From assembly GCA_963708075.1 (NCBI GenBank), contig OY970194.1, positions 6,144,001-6,208,000 on the forward strand: a stretch of DNA of 64,000 nucleotides. Direction: 5' to 3'. Made by a program: the position numbers and the translations under genes. Under the pieces are notes generated by a model. That model ran no database searches. It was not told where the DNA came from and was given only the letters and a program-made list of their open reading frames with translations. The DNA is from Sedimentisphaerales bacterium. Lineage in GTDB: Bacteria > Planctomycetota > Phycisphaerae > Sedimentisphaerales > Anaerobacaceae. Below are positions 42,017 to 51,873 of the stretch, one piece after another; positions within the stretch are counted from its first letter, which is position 1, and each line of letters opens with the position of its first letter.

Positions 42017-43033
42017 ATGGCTAATGAACCGGCAAATCGGGCAAGAACGCCGGGATCCCGCAAGGATTCCGAGCGAGCGGACAGCTCGGCCAGAGCGATC
42101 ACTGAGAGCCTGCTCAAGCACGTCCCTGATCTCGTGGAGTCCTGCCAGGCGGCGGCCCTTTTCGTTTACGTGGATGCTCTGGAGGACCCGTCCGAGCTGA
42201 GTTTCCCCTCGATGCACGCCAAGGTCTTCTATGTGACCAAGACCCCCGCAAAAGAGATAACGCCCCATCATGAGGAAATCCAGTACCTTCGCGTTCCGGA
42301 TGTGCCCCTGACTCGCCTGGGTCAAGTCAAGCTCGCTATCTTTCTCGCCTTATCGAGAGGTCTGATCCAGTATGGCGACCGGATCGTGTCTCTCTCGGGC
42401 CTGGCGGCCGACAAGACACTCGATACCATCCTCGTGACGGAGGTGGGACGCGAGTATGAGATTTTCGCATCAGGAACGGACCTGATGACCTCGCCGAAGG
42501 TCCTTCCGGAAGTCATTGAGAAGGTGGTGGATATCGCCTCGGAGCTGGGCAGTGAAGGCCGGGAGGGCAGGCCGGTGGGCACCATGTTCGTCATCGGAGA
42601 CACGGAGCGGGTGATTCCACTGACTCGCCAGCTTGTGCTCAATCCTTTCAAAGGGTATCCGCCGAGCGAGCGGAACATCCTCGATTATTCCCTGGAGGAA
42701 ACGATCAAAGAGCTGTCGACGCTCGACGGTGCGTTCATCATCCAGGGCGAGGGCGTCATTGAGACCTGTGGCGCATACATACGGACGGCCAGTCAGGAGG
42801 AATTTGAATTGCCGCGTGGTCTGGGCGCCCGGCACCATGCCGCGGCGGCAATCACCGCCGTAACCGACTCCATCGCGGTAACGGTGAGCGAATCCACCGG
42901 TTCCGTGACGATCTTCCGGGGCGGCCACATCATCACGGAGATCCAGAAACCCCGCAGCACCGGCGGAAAACCCAGAACGTTCCATTCCCACCCCCACAAC
43001 AAGGCCAGGAAGCGAACCGACGACGCCGAGTAA
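42017..43033 (+). CDS. Diadenylate cyclase (DisA_N/DAC domain) with N-terminal pyruvate-kinase-C-like domain (DacZ-like)
   Basis: EGREGRPVGT; catalytic DGA motif (LSTLDGAFII); GLGARHHAAA; VSESTG. Confidence 0.88.
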   Translation: MANEPANRARTPGSRKDSERADSSARAITESLLKHVPDLVESCQAAALFVYVDALEDPSELSFPSMHAKVFYVTKTPAKEITPHHEEIQYLRVPDVPLTRLGQVKLAIFLALSRGLIQYGDRIVSLSGLAADKTLDTILVTEVGREYEIFASGTDLMTSPKVLPEVIEKVVDIASELGSEGREGRPVGTMFVIGDTERVIPLTRQLVLNPFKGYPPSERNILDYSLEETIKELSTLDGAFIIQGEGVIETCGAYIRTASQEEFELPRGLGARHHAAAAITAVTDSIAVTVSESTGSVTIFRGGHIITEIQKPRSTGGKPRTFHSHPHNKARKRTDDAE

Positions 43034-43117
43034 TCTCCCGCGTGCGATGTGCAGCAGGAGCCCACGGAGGCGTTCTCATACCGATTGCGGTTGAGGTCCT
43101 CGTATCACACTAAGCCT

Positions 43118-43213
43118 CGGGTGGCAGCGGCAAGCGGAGTCTTAGGAGCTTGCCGATGGCTCTCACGTATACAGACAGGACCATCGGCAAACTGCGTTTG
43201 CCGCTGCCACCCG
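43118..43213. repeat. Family A palindromic element, copy 2
   Basis: CGGGTGGCAGCGGCAAG...TTTGCCGCTGCCACCCG, between convergent genes. Confidence 0.85.
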
Positions 43214-43243
43214 GAGATATGAAATCCTCAGTCGTGATTGGTG

Positions 43244-45047
43244 TCAATCCGGGGTAATCGCAAACAGCCGAAACGAGGCGAGCTCGTCCGGCAGTTGGAC
43301 CGGGCGGCACCATGGCGCGAGCTCACCGTCACAAAGCCGGTTGTAGAGTGTGGAGGTTCGCTCCGGATCTGCAAACAGCGACGAATCGCTCGCTTCCGGC
43401 GACAGGAGAATCAGGTCAATCCCGCGGCTGCGAAGGCGGCTTTGTGCCTCCTCATCCGTCTGGGCCCCCATGATCGCGCAGGCATCCGCAATACCCTGCC
43501 AGTTGCGATGGTATATGGTAGCTATGACCTCATGCGGAGTCCGGTAGAGAATCTCCGCGCCGTAGTTGATCTCCGCCAGGATGCGAAGCTTCCGCCCTTG
43601 CCATTGCGCATCAGTGGTCAAATAGCGACACACAGCTCTCACGGAAGACTGGGGACGAGTGGCAAGTGGTTCTGCTTTCTGGGTGAAATGGGCGATCAGG
43701 AACCCGGATGGCGCCAGTAGGAGAAACAGGGTAGTGATCCCGATATTGGTCAACAGGCGGCACAGACCCTGTTGCGAGCCGCTCAGGCGGGTCCGCAGGC
43801 GCGTGATCAGGGCGACCGCCGGCAGCAGAAGAAGGACCTGGCCGTACATTGCCCATCGCACCTGGTAAAACGAGAGCCCTGTAAACACCACGGCAGCGAC
43901 GAAGACCAGCGTCCAGCGGGGGTCTCTCAGGTCGATCATGCGGCAGAAAATCAGCCCGAGAAAGACAATTCCATATCCGATCAGCGGCGGGCCAAAGGCC
44001 AAAAACACATCACCGGACAGAAGCGGCTGAAGCTCTCCTATGCGAGCCATTGCCCGGATCATCCCGGGACTCATTTCCGCGTGCACCCCACCGAAGAACC
44101 GTGGGAAAACCGCTCCTATCGCCAAGGCCAGAACGGCCCCCGCCGCCAGGCCGACGCCAAGGCGGACCTGCCAGCGTTGCAGCGACTTTGCGCGCTGCCA
44201 GGAGGTGGAGCACCAGGAGCAACGCGGTCATCCATCCGAAAATCGCGATGTGCATGATCGAGAGTCTGTCGAATTCCAGCGTCGCCAAATCAGACCATGG
44301 CCTTTCGGCCACCAGCGCCGCGCAGGTGAACAGAAACAGGCTGGCACTGTAGCACAGCACCTTCTTCATGGAGTCGCCGCCATAGCGTATCCACAGCCCG
44401 CTCAGAACGCACAGGAACACAGCCACCATCACCAGCGACTCAAAGCTGGTCCACATCGAAAGGGCGCTGAGCGCGCCGGCAGCAGCGCATAGACCGAAGT
44501 TGAAGGGAAGCTCGACCAGACGAAGCACGAATCCCAGCGACAGAACAAACAGCAGCAACAGCAGCCCATGATGGTCTGGTCGGGCGGCCTGCAGGTAGGT
44601 CAGGACGCCGACCTGGACCGCAAGAAGAAAACCGATGAGGGAGGCCCCATCCTCGCCCAGCAGAGGGCGCGAAGCCCAGCGCAGCCCCAGGAAGATGGCC
44701 ACCAGGATTATCGGGCTGATGACGACCCCCCACCAGAATAGCGACGACGCAAAGCTCGTCAGCAGCGACCCGGGGACCGCACCGGCCAGCAGCAGGAGGT
44801 CAAACGCCCGGGTCCAGTGAAGCCGGTGGCCGTAGGGCGCATTGCCCCTCTCGATGACCGGATCGTACCATCGGCCTCTCTCGTAGAGGTCCGAGGCACG
44901 AATCAGGTGCATATAACAGTCCGAATCCCCCATATCGCCGGCCGCAATCGGCGCCTTTCCCATGAGGTACCACGCCACCAGTGCCAGCGCGAAGCAAGTC
45001 GAGAACGCCAGATAGCAGAAAAAGTCGCCCCTGCTCTTGTTTCTCAT
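43244..45047 (-). CDS. STT3/PglB-like GT-C membrane glycosyltransferase (one frameshift at about 44193)
   Basis: GDSDCYMH, APYG..LHWTRAFD and RPDHH motifs; many TM helices; periplasmic C-terminus EINYG...YHRN. ORFs 44010-45047 and 43244-44125 join. Confidence 0.65.
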
Positions 45048-45184
45048 CCACCAGATCCCTTATCATTGACGTATCCCTCGATGAGGATTCTACTGTATGA
45101 ATCGAGATTTCTCCAGGACCTTCTGGCTCCGCGAAGCGACGAAGAAAGGTCCCGAGTGTGTGGCTGTGTGCTGAAGGTTTTGGG

Positions 45185-46114
45185 ATGGTTTCACAAGGTG
45201 GTACTAAGATCGCTGTTTTGATTCCGTGCCGTGATGAAGAACTCACGGTTGGAAAAGTGGTCAAGGATTTCGCGAGAGAGCTCCCTGACGCCGACATCTA
45301 CGTGTTCGACAACAATTCGACTGACGCGAGCCGTCGGATTGCCCGCGAGTGTGGGGCTATTCTTCGCCACGAGGCTCGCCAGGGAAAGGGATTCGTCGTG
45401 GCGAGCATGTTCCAGGAGGTCGAGGCGGATATCTATGTGTTGGTGGATGCCGATGACACCTATCCTGCCGAGGATATTCACCGCCTCCTGCAACCTATTC
45501 TGGCGGGAGAAGCCGACATGGCAGTGGGGACACGTGTGTCCGAATGCAACAAGGGATCATTTCGTCAATTTCATCTTCTGGGCAACCGCCTGATTTGTGG
45601 GGCGGCGAACCTGGTCTTCGGCACCCGTCTCACGGACATCTTCAGTGGCTATCGGGTCTTCAATGCTCGCATCGTCACCCAGATTCCGGTGGTTTCAAGG
45701 GGGTTTGAACTGGAAACCGAGATGACGATCCATTGCCTTTATTACGGAATGAAAGTCATCGAGGTGGAGATTCCGTATCGCGAACGGCCACAGGGCAGTT
45801 ACAGCAAACTAAGCACCTTTCGCGATGGAGGGCGAGTGGTCTGGCAGCTGTTTCGCTTGTTCCGCTCCTGTAAGCCGCTGACTTTCTTCGGAGGTCTGGG
45901 TCTGGTTCTGTTTCTTCTCGGCGCGTTGGCGGGAGCTTTTCCCATTCATGACTATATCAGCCGGCCCGATCACTACGTCGTTCACGTCCCGTTGGCCATC
46001 CTGGCGACGGGTCTGATGATCCTGGCGGCAGGGTGCACCTTTCTCGGCATCCTGCTGCATGCTCTCAACTGGAGATTCCTGGAACTCCACAACGTTATGA
46101 CGAGACGACGTTAG
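45185..46114 (+). CDS. GT2 polyprenyl-phosphate glycosyltransferase (DPM1/GtrB-like)
   Basis: LIPCRDEE, DNNSTD, QGKG, VDADDTY, DIFSGYR and SKL.TFRDG motifs; two C-terminal TM helices. Confidence 0.9.
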   Translation: MVSQGGTKIAVLIPCRDEELTVGKVVKDFARELPDADIYVFDNNSTDASRRIARECGAILRHEARQGKGFVVASMFQEVEADIYVLVDADDTYPAEDIHRLLQPILAGEADMAVGTRVSECNKGSFRQFHLLGNRLICGAANLVFGTRLTDIFSGYRVFNARIVTQIPVVSRGFELETEMTIHCLYYGMKVIEVEIPYRERPQGSYSKLSTFRDGGRVVWQLFRLFRSCKPLTFFGGLGLVLFLLGALAGAFPIHDYISRPDHYVVHVPLAILATGLMILAAGCTFLGILLHALNWRFLELHNVMTRRR

Positions 46115-46140
46115 CACGCAGGGGGAATCAGAGGTGACGG

Positions 46141-46854
46141 GTGGATCGTGAACATTTTCACCGGCATAAGAAGCAGTTCATCAAGGGCATCAGAGCGATT
46201 CTATTGGAACATGGCGCTACCCCGGCATTGACGGAAGCCGGCTTTTGTGCCTACGCGGACCCGAACCCGCTGATTCGTTTCCTCTTCTGGCGTCGCATGT
46301 GGCTCACGGCCAGACTGATCGAGAAGGGTGGTCCATACGGCACGATCCTGGATTTTGGCTGCGGCACCGGGGTCGGGGCGTCGCTGCTAGCTCCTTTCTG
46401 CAACCGGTTGATAGGACTTGATCGCGATCTCGGACCGTATCAGCTTCTAAGGCCCTATGTTTCCTGCCCTCCAAACGTGGAATTCTATGAAACCCGGGAA
46501 CGCCCTCTGTTCAGCTTTGAGGACAGCACGTTTGATGCTGTCGTGGCATTGGATGTCCTCGAACACGTTGAGGATTTGAAGGACGTTATGACGAACATCT
46601 GCCGTGTTGTGAAGCCCGGTGCCCCAGTAGTCTTCTGCGGTCCTACGGAGAGTGTCGCTTATCGGATTGGACGCAGGATTGCCGGCAAAGAGTACACTGG
46701 CGACTATCACGTCAGGAACATCTACGACATTCACCGGGTCGCGGCTTCATTGATGCACGTGGAGACGATCGCGACTCTTTACTACCCGTTCCCCCTGTTC
46801 AAGGTATTTGTGGGCCGGTCGAGAAAAGATCGAGAAACCCGCCGTATGGCTTAG
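46141..46854 (+). CDS. Class I SAM-dependent methyltransferase
   Basis: ILDFGCGTG, FDAVVALDVLEHV and VKPG motifs. Confidence 0.9.
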   Translation: MDREHFHRHKKQFIKGIRAILLEHGATPALTEAGFCAYADPNPLIRFLFWRRMWLTARLIEKGGPYGTILDFGCGTGVGASLLAPFCNRLIGLDRDLGPYQLLRPYVSCPPNVEFYETRERPLFSFEDSTFDAVVALDVLEHVEDLKDVMTNICRVVKPGAPVVFCGPTESVAYRIGRRIAGKEYTGDYHVRNIYDIHRVAASLMHVETIATLYYPFPLFKVFVGRSRKDRETRRMA

Positions 46855-46988
46855 AAATCCAGGTTTCGCCACATTTGTCGGCCAAAATCACAGAAGCGGG
46901 ATAACGAATCGTCCCAGGCTCCTGCCTGTGTCCGCATACGCCGCATCTACTCTATAGTCCTCACATCTCAGCAATCTACTGCATAAAA

Positions 46989-47043
46989 ATGTGAAAAAAA
47001 GTACAACAACGCGATTGACTTGCCGGTCCCGAACGGAGATAAT
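46989..47043 (+). promoter_or_regulatory. Putative Rex operator-like site plus sigma70 promoter of the rex-hydrogenase operon
   Basis: ATGTGAAAAAAAGTACAA (46989-47006) resembles TTGTGAA-N4-TTCACAA; TTGACT-N17-GATAAT at 47015-47043. Confidence 0.55.
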
Positions 47044-47134
47044 TCCGTATATCAAACGAGAATCGACCTGTCGGGCAGTTGAGCTTTCCCAATTAATGGG
47101 ATGAGAGTCACAAAACGAGCAAGGTATATTGGTT

Positions 47135-47758
47135 ATGGCGAATAGAAGTTGTATCATACGACTATCGCGGTACAAAAACGCGTTAAACAGGTTGAAGATT
47201 CTGAACTTCGTGCGGGTCTTCTCTGATAACCTGGCCGATGCCGCCGGAGTAACGGCCGCCCAGGTGCGAAAGGACTTTTCCCTGTTCGGCATCACCGGGA
47301 ACCGCCGCGGCGGATACAAGGTGGACGAGCTCAGCGAGCAGCTCCATCGGATCCTTGGCAAGGACCAGCTCCAGGAGTTTGTGGTCGTTGGAGTGGGCAA
47401 CATCGGCAGGGCGCTGCTGCACTACCGGGGTTTAGAGAAGAGCGGCATCCGAATTGCCGCCGGCTTCGATATCGACCCGGTGAAGTACGACGCGGAAGCC
47501 AGCTCGCCTGTACTGCCCCTGGAGAACCTGGTGGATTTCGTCAAGACGCGAGGCATCAAGCTCGGCGTCATTGCGGTGCCTGATTATGCCGCCCAGCAGG
47601 TGCTGGAACTGATGCTCTCGGCAGGCATCAAAGGGGTGCTGAACTTCGCCCCGATCTGCCTGAAGGCCCCCGGCGGCTGCACGATCAACAACATCAATCT
47701 TGAAACCGAACTCGAGAACCTCATTTATTTCGTCAACGCATCCGATGGCGACAAATGA
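47135..47758 (+). CDS. rex: Redox-sensing transcriptional repressor Rex
   Basis: RLSRY...SDNLA..AGVTAAQVRKDFSLFGITG.RRGGY, VVGVGNIGRAL and GVLNFAP motifs. Confidence 0.95.
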   Translation: MANRSCIIRLSRYKNALNRLKILNFVRVFSDNLADAAGVTAAQVRKDFSLFGITGNRRGGYKVDELSEQLHRILGKDQLQEFVVVGVGNIGRALLHYRGLEKSGIRIAAGFDIDPVKYDAEASSPVLPLENLVDFVKTRGIKLGVIAVPDYAAQQVLELMLSAGIKGVLNFAPICLKAPGGCTINNINLETELENLIYFVNASDGDK

Positions 47759-49607
47759 CCGGACATCCCTGGCGGTTTCCATAAAGACGAGGATCCTGCT
47801 TTCGTTCCTTACGCTGATCCTGGTGCTGTCGGTCCCGATTGCGGTGCTGGGCTACCGGGTGATCAAGAAGGACATCATCGAGACCGCCGAGCGTAAGGTG
47901 CTCAGCGATCTGATGGTCGCGGAAATGGTCTACACCGGCGAGATCGAGCGTATCGGTCAGGCCTTGCGGCTGGCGCCGCCGGACGAGGACGCCCGCGTCC
48001 TGAGGGACAGACTGAATCTGCACTACCTGTGGCGCGTGGACAGGCCCCAGTTCGATTCGCTTGTCAGCGAGATTGCCAGGGCGGCCGTGAAAGAAGCCAA
48101 GCCCGTAGGGGGGACCCGGATTGTCTCGCCGCAGGAGCTGCAGGCGATGGAAGGTGACGTTCCGGGCACAGCCCCCATCGAGATCAAACGGACCCCGAAG
48201 GCGCGGCCGACCGACAGGCTGATGGTCAACTCGGGTATGGCCAAGGAGTACGCGGTCCCGGTCTTTGACAACGCAGGAGAGGTCCAGGCCGTCCTGTATG
48301 GCGGCCGCATGATCAATCGTGACTACACCCTCGTGGATCGCGTTCGCGACATGGTCTTCGGCAAGGGCACGTACGGGTCCAAGCCCGTGGGCACGGTGAC
48401 GATTTTCCAGGATGACGTGAGAATCTCGACGAACGTTCAGGACGAAGCGGGACAGCGTGCCATCGGAACCCGCGTATCCGACGAGGTATACGAGGCGGTG
48501 ATCAGGCAGGGACGCACCTGGCATGAACGGGCGTTCGTGGTCACCGATTGGTACAAGACCGCCTACGAGCCGATTCGGAGCATTCAAGGCGACATCATCG
48601 GCATCCTGTACGTGGGCATCCTCGAGCAGCCGTTCAACGATATGGCCCGGCGGATCTTCCTATGGTTCCTGCTGGTTGTCGGCGGCGTTACCGTCATTGC
48701 CGTGCTCCTGTCGTTCATCCTCGCCGGGGCGGTGTCCAGGCCGCTGACCCAGGTGGTCCACGCCAGCGAATGCCTGGCCTCCGGCGACTGGGGCTGCCGG
48801 ATCACCGCGAACACCTCCATCAAGGAGATCGACAGCATGGCCGAGGCCTTCAACGCCATGGCCCTCGGCCTCAGGGACAGGGAGGAGAGCCTGCGGATCT
48901 CCAACGAGAAGCTGGCCGCCTCCAACAAGAGCTACATCGACCTGATCGGCTTCGTCGCGCACGAACTCAAGGGGATCCTCGCGTCCGCCGTGATGAACGC
49001 GTACGCCGTACGTGATGGATACTTGGGCATGGTCAACTTCAAGCAGAGAAAGGCTTTGGATTCGGTCGCGAGAAACCTGGATTACCTCGATGCGACCGTG
49101 AAGAAGTTCCTGAGCCTGGGCCGGGTGGAGCGCGGCGAGTTGGCCGTGAACAAGACCGCGCTGAACCTCAAGAAGGATGTCTTCGATACATCGATCAGCG
49201 CGCTGGCCCCGATGGCGAACAAAAAAGGCCTGCGGATCTTCAACGAGATCGATCCCGGCCTGGTCGTCCAAGCCGATTCGGACCTGATGCAGATCGTCGC
49301 CAACAATCTGGTCAGCAACGCGATCAAGTACAGCCCCGACGCCGGCCAGATCCGCCTCACGGCCACGCAGACCGACGGCAGGGTCGAGGTGGACGTCTAT
49401 AATGACTCCACGCCGATGACGGAGGAGCAGATGGGCAAGCTGTTCCACAAGTTCTCCCGGCTGGACAACCCCGAGACGAAGAAAGTCAAAGGCACCGGGC
49501 TCGGACTGTACATCACGAAACAGATCATCGAGCGGCACGGTGGCACCATCGTCGTCAAGCCGCGAGAGAACGGCAACTCGTTCGTATTCCAGATAGAAAG
49601 GAACTGA
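47745..49607 (+). CDS. Sensor histidine kinase (Cache-HAMP-HisKA-HATPase)
   Basis: Two TM helices; TIFQDDVRISTNV...RAIGT Cache domain; HAMP; VAHELK, NLVSNAIKYS and GTGLGL motifs. Start uncertain (47745, or 47755 with an indel). Confidence 0.9.
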   Translation: MATNDRTSLAVSIKTRILLSFLTLILVLSVPIAVLGYRVIKKDIIETAERKVLSDLMVAEMVYTGEIERIGQALRLAPPDEDARVLRDRLNLHYLWRVDRPQFDSLVSEIARAAVKEAKPVGGTRIVSPQELQAMEGDVPGTAPIEIKRTPKARPTDRLMVNSGMAKEYAVPVFDNAGEVQAVLYGGRMINRDYTLVDRVRDMVFGKGTYGSKPVGTVTIFQDDVRISTNVQDEAGQRAIGTRVSDEVYEAVIRQGRTWHERAFVVTDWYKTAYEPIRSIQGDIIGILYVGILEQPFNDMARRIFLWFLLVVGGVTVIAVLLSFILAGAVSRPLTQVVHASECLASGDWGCRITANTSIKEIDSMAEAFNAMALGLRDREESLRISNEKLAASNKSYIDLIGFVAHELKGILASAVMNAYAVRDGYLGMVNFKQRKALDSVARNLDYLDATVKKFLSLGRVERGELAVNKTALNLKKDVFDTSISALAPMANKKGLRIFNEIDPGLVVQADSDLMQIVANNLVSNAIKYSPDAGQIRLTATQTDGRVEVDVYNDSTPMTEEQMGKLFHKFSRLDNPETKKVKGTGLGLYITKQIIERHGGTIVVKPRENGNSFVFQIERN

Positions 49608-49611
49608 AAAG

Positions 49612-49968
49612 ATGCCAACCCCGTTGGAACTGATCAAGAAGAAGCGGGCCGAGGCCGTCAGCCGGATCATCGGCAAGGGCTACCTGTCGACGAAGCGCGT
49701 CTACGTGGGCATGGCCACGTGCGAGATCGCCGCCGGCTCGAAAGACGTGATGGAGGTGTTCCAGAAGGCGGTCAGCCGCGGCCTGACGGACGTGTACCTG
49801 AGTCAGAAAGGCTGCGCGGGCCGCTGCAACCTGGAGCCCACCGTCGAAGTGATCGAAGCGGGCAAGAGCCCTGTCAAGTACGGCAGGGTCGATAAGGACC
49901 GGGCCCAGCAGATCATCGAGCGGCACCTCAAGAACGGCGAAATCATCAAAGAGTGGGTGATCGATTAG
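49612..49968 (+). CDS. Thioredoxin-like [2Fe-2S] ferredoxin subunit (HndB/HydD-like)
   Basis: VGMATCEIAAG and GCAGRCNLEPTVEV motifs. Confidence 0.88.
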   Translation: MPTPLELIKKKRAEAVSRIIGKGYLSTKRVYVGMATCEIAAGSKDVMEVFQKAVSRGLTDVYLSQKGCAGRCNLEPTVEVIEAGKSPVKYGRVDKDRAQQIIERHLKNGEIIKEWVID

Positions 49969-49986
49969 AAAGGAAGGAAACTCGCT

Positions 49987-51780
49987 GTGAACGAGACATC
50001 ATATAGAATCATTCTTTGCGACGGGACCTCCTGCATCAACAAGGGGTCTCGCAAGCTGGCCGCGGTGCTGCGCGAGCAGTTGGACAAGCACGGTCTGACC
50101 GACCGGGTGGCCATCGGCCTGTCCGGCTGCCTCGGCATGTGCGAAAAGGGCCCGATCATGGTTGTCAACCCGGGCTACACCATCTACGGCAGTGTGACCG
50201 AAAGCGATATTCCGCAGATTGTTGAAGAGCATCTGGTCAACGGCGACCCCATCGCCCGGCTCGTGATCCAGGAAGACCATCTGTACAACCGCTTCTTCCG
50301 CGTGTTCGGCGATGCGAAATTCTTCGGCAAGCAGATGCGGATCACGCTTCGCAACTGCGGCATCATCGATCCCGAGAGCATCGACGATTATTTGTCCCTT
50401 CGCGGCTACGAGGCCCTGGCCAAGACGATCACGGACATGACGCCGGAGCAGGTCATCGCCGAGGTGGAGAAATCCGGCCTTCGCGGGCGAGGCGGCGCGG
50501 GGTTCCCAACCGGCCGCAAGTGGAAACTGACTGCGGCGGAGAAGGCCACGCCCAAGTATGTCATCTGCAACGCCGATGAGGGCGATCCCGGCGCGTTCAT
50601 GGACCGCAGCGCCATCGAGGGCGACCCCCATACGGTCGTCGAGGGCATGGCTATCGGCGGCTACGCCATCGGCGCCGACAAGGGCATCGTCTACATCCGT
50701 GCGGAGTACCCGCTCGCGATTAAGCGAATTCGCAGGGCCATTGAAGACGCCCGGGCCCACGGCTTGCTCGGAAAGAACATCCTGGGCTCGAACTTCTCAT
50801 TCGATATCGAGATCCGGCTCGGCGCAGGCGCCTTCGTCTGCGGCGAGGAGACGGCGTTGATTCACTCCATCGAGGGCGCGCGAGGCATGCCCCGGCCCCG
50901 GCCGCCCTATCCGGCGGCGGTGGGGCTCTTCGGACAGCCGACGCTCATCAACAACGTCGAGACCTGGGCCAACATCCCCGTCATCATCCTCGACGGCGCC
51001 AACTGGTTCCGCACCATCGGCACGGAGACGAGCAAGGGGACCAAAGTCTTCGCTCTGGCGGGCAAGGTCGTCAATACGGGCCTGATCGAGGTCCCGATGG
51101 GCACGACGCTTCGCGAGATCATCTACGACGTCGGCGGCGGCATCCCGTTCGGCAAGCGGTTCAAATCCGTGCAGACGGGCGGTCCCTCCGGCGGCTGCTT
51201 GCCTGAGCAATATCTCGATACGCGCATCGACTACGAGTCGCTGGCGAAAGCCGGCTCGATCATGGGCTCCGGCGGCATGATCGTCATCGATGAGGATTCG
51301 TGCATGGTCGATGTTGCCCGGTTCTTCCTCGAATTCACGCAGGACGAGTCGTGCGGCAAGTGCACACCGTGCCGGGAAGGGACCAAGCGCATGCTGGAAA
51401 TCCTGACCCGCATCACCGAGGGCAAGGGCCGGCCCGGCGACATCGAGAATCTCGAACGCCTGGGCGGCATGATCAAGAAGGCCTCGCTCTGCGGCCTCGG
51501 CCAGTCGGCGCCCAACCCCGTCCTGAGCACGATCAAGAATTTCCGCGAAGAGTACGAGGAGCACATCCACGAGAAGAAGTGCCGCGCCAAGGCCTGCAAG
51601 GGCCTGGTTTGCTACGAGATCATCGAGAAGTGCGTCGGCTGCGGCGCCTGCCGCCGGGTCTGCCCCGTCAGCGCCATCTCCGGCAGTCCCAAGAGCAGGC
51701 ACGTGCTCGATCAGAACAAATGCGTTCGATGCGGCATGTGCTTCAATACCTGCAAGTTTGAGGCCATTGCCAAGGTATGA
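49987..51780 (+). CDS. hydB: NADH-binding flavoprotein subunit of multimeric [FeFe]-hydrogenase (NuoF/HydB/HndC)
   Basis: SGLRGRGGAGFPTG, NADEGDPGAFMDR, GAGAFVCGEET, GGPSGG, ESCGKCTPCREG and a C-terminal 2x[4Fe-4S] domain. Confidence 0.93.
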   Translation: MNETSYRIILCDGTSCINKGSRKLAAVLREQLDKHGLTDRVAIGLSGCLGMCEKGPIMVVNPGYTIYGSVTESDIPQIVEEHLVNGDPIARLVIQEDHLYNRFFRVFGDAKFFGKQMRITLRNCGIIDPESIDDYLSLRGYEALAKTITDMTPEQVIAEVEKSGLRGRGGAGFPTGRKWKLTAAEKATPKYVICNADEGDPGAFMDRSAIEGDPHTVVEGMAIGGYAIGADKGIVYIRAEYPLAIKRIRRAIEDARAHGLLGKNILGSNFSFDIEIRLGAGAFVCGEETALIHSIEGARGMPRPRPPYPAAVGLFGQPTLINNVETWANIPVIILDGANWFRTIGTETSKGTKVFALAGKVVNTGLIEVPMGTTLREIIYDVGGGIPFGKRFKSVQTGGPSGGCLPEQYLDTRIDYESLAKAGSIMGSGGMIVIDEDSCMVDVARFFLEFTQDESCGKCTPCREGTKRMLEILTRITEGKGRPGDIENLERLGGMIKKASLCGLGQSAPNPVLSTIKNFREEYEEHIHEKKCRAKACKGLVCYEIIEKCVGCGACRRVCPVSAISGSPKSRHVLDQNKCVRCGMCFNTCKFEAIAKV

Positions 51781-51872
51781 ATGACAAGTTGTCAGTTGAC
51801 AGTTGGCAGTTGTCAGCAACTGCGGACTGTGAACTGCGGACTGTAAACTGTGAACTGCGAACTGAGAACTGA
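51781..51872. repeat. Inverted heptamer repeats (CAGTTGN)n / (RACTGNR)n between hydB and hydA
   Basis: GTCAGTTGACAGTTGGCAGTTGTCAG followed by AACTGCGGACTGTGAACTGCGGACTGTAAACTGTGAACTGCGAACTGAGAACTGA. Confidence 0.85.
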
Positions 51873-51873
51873 A

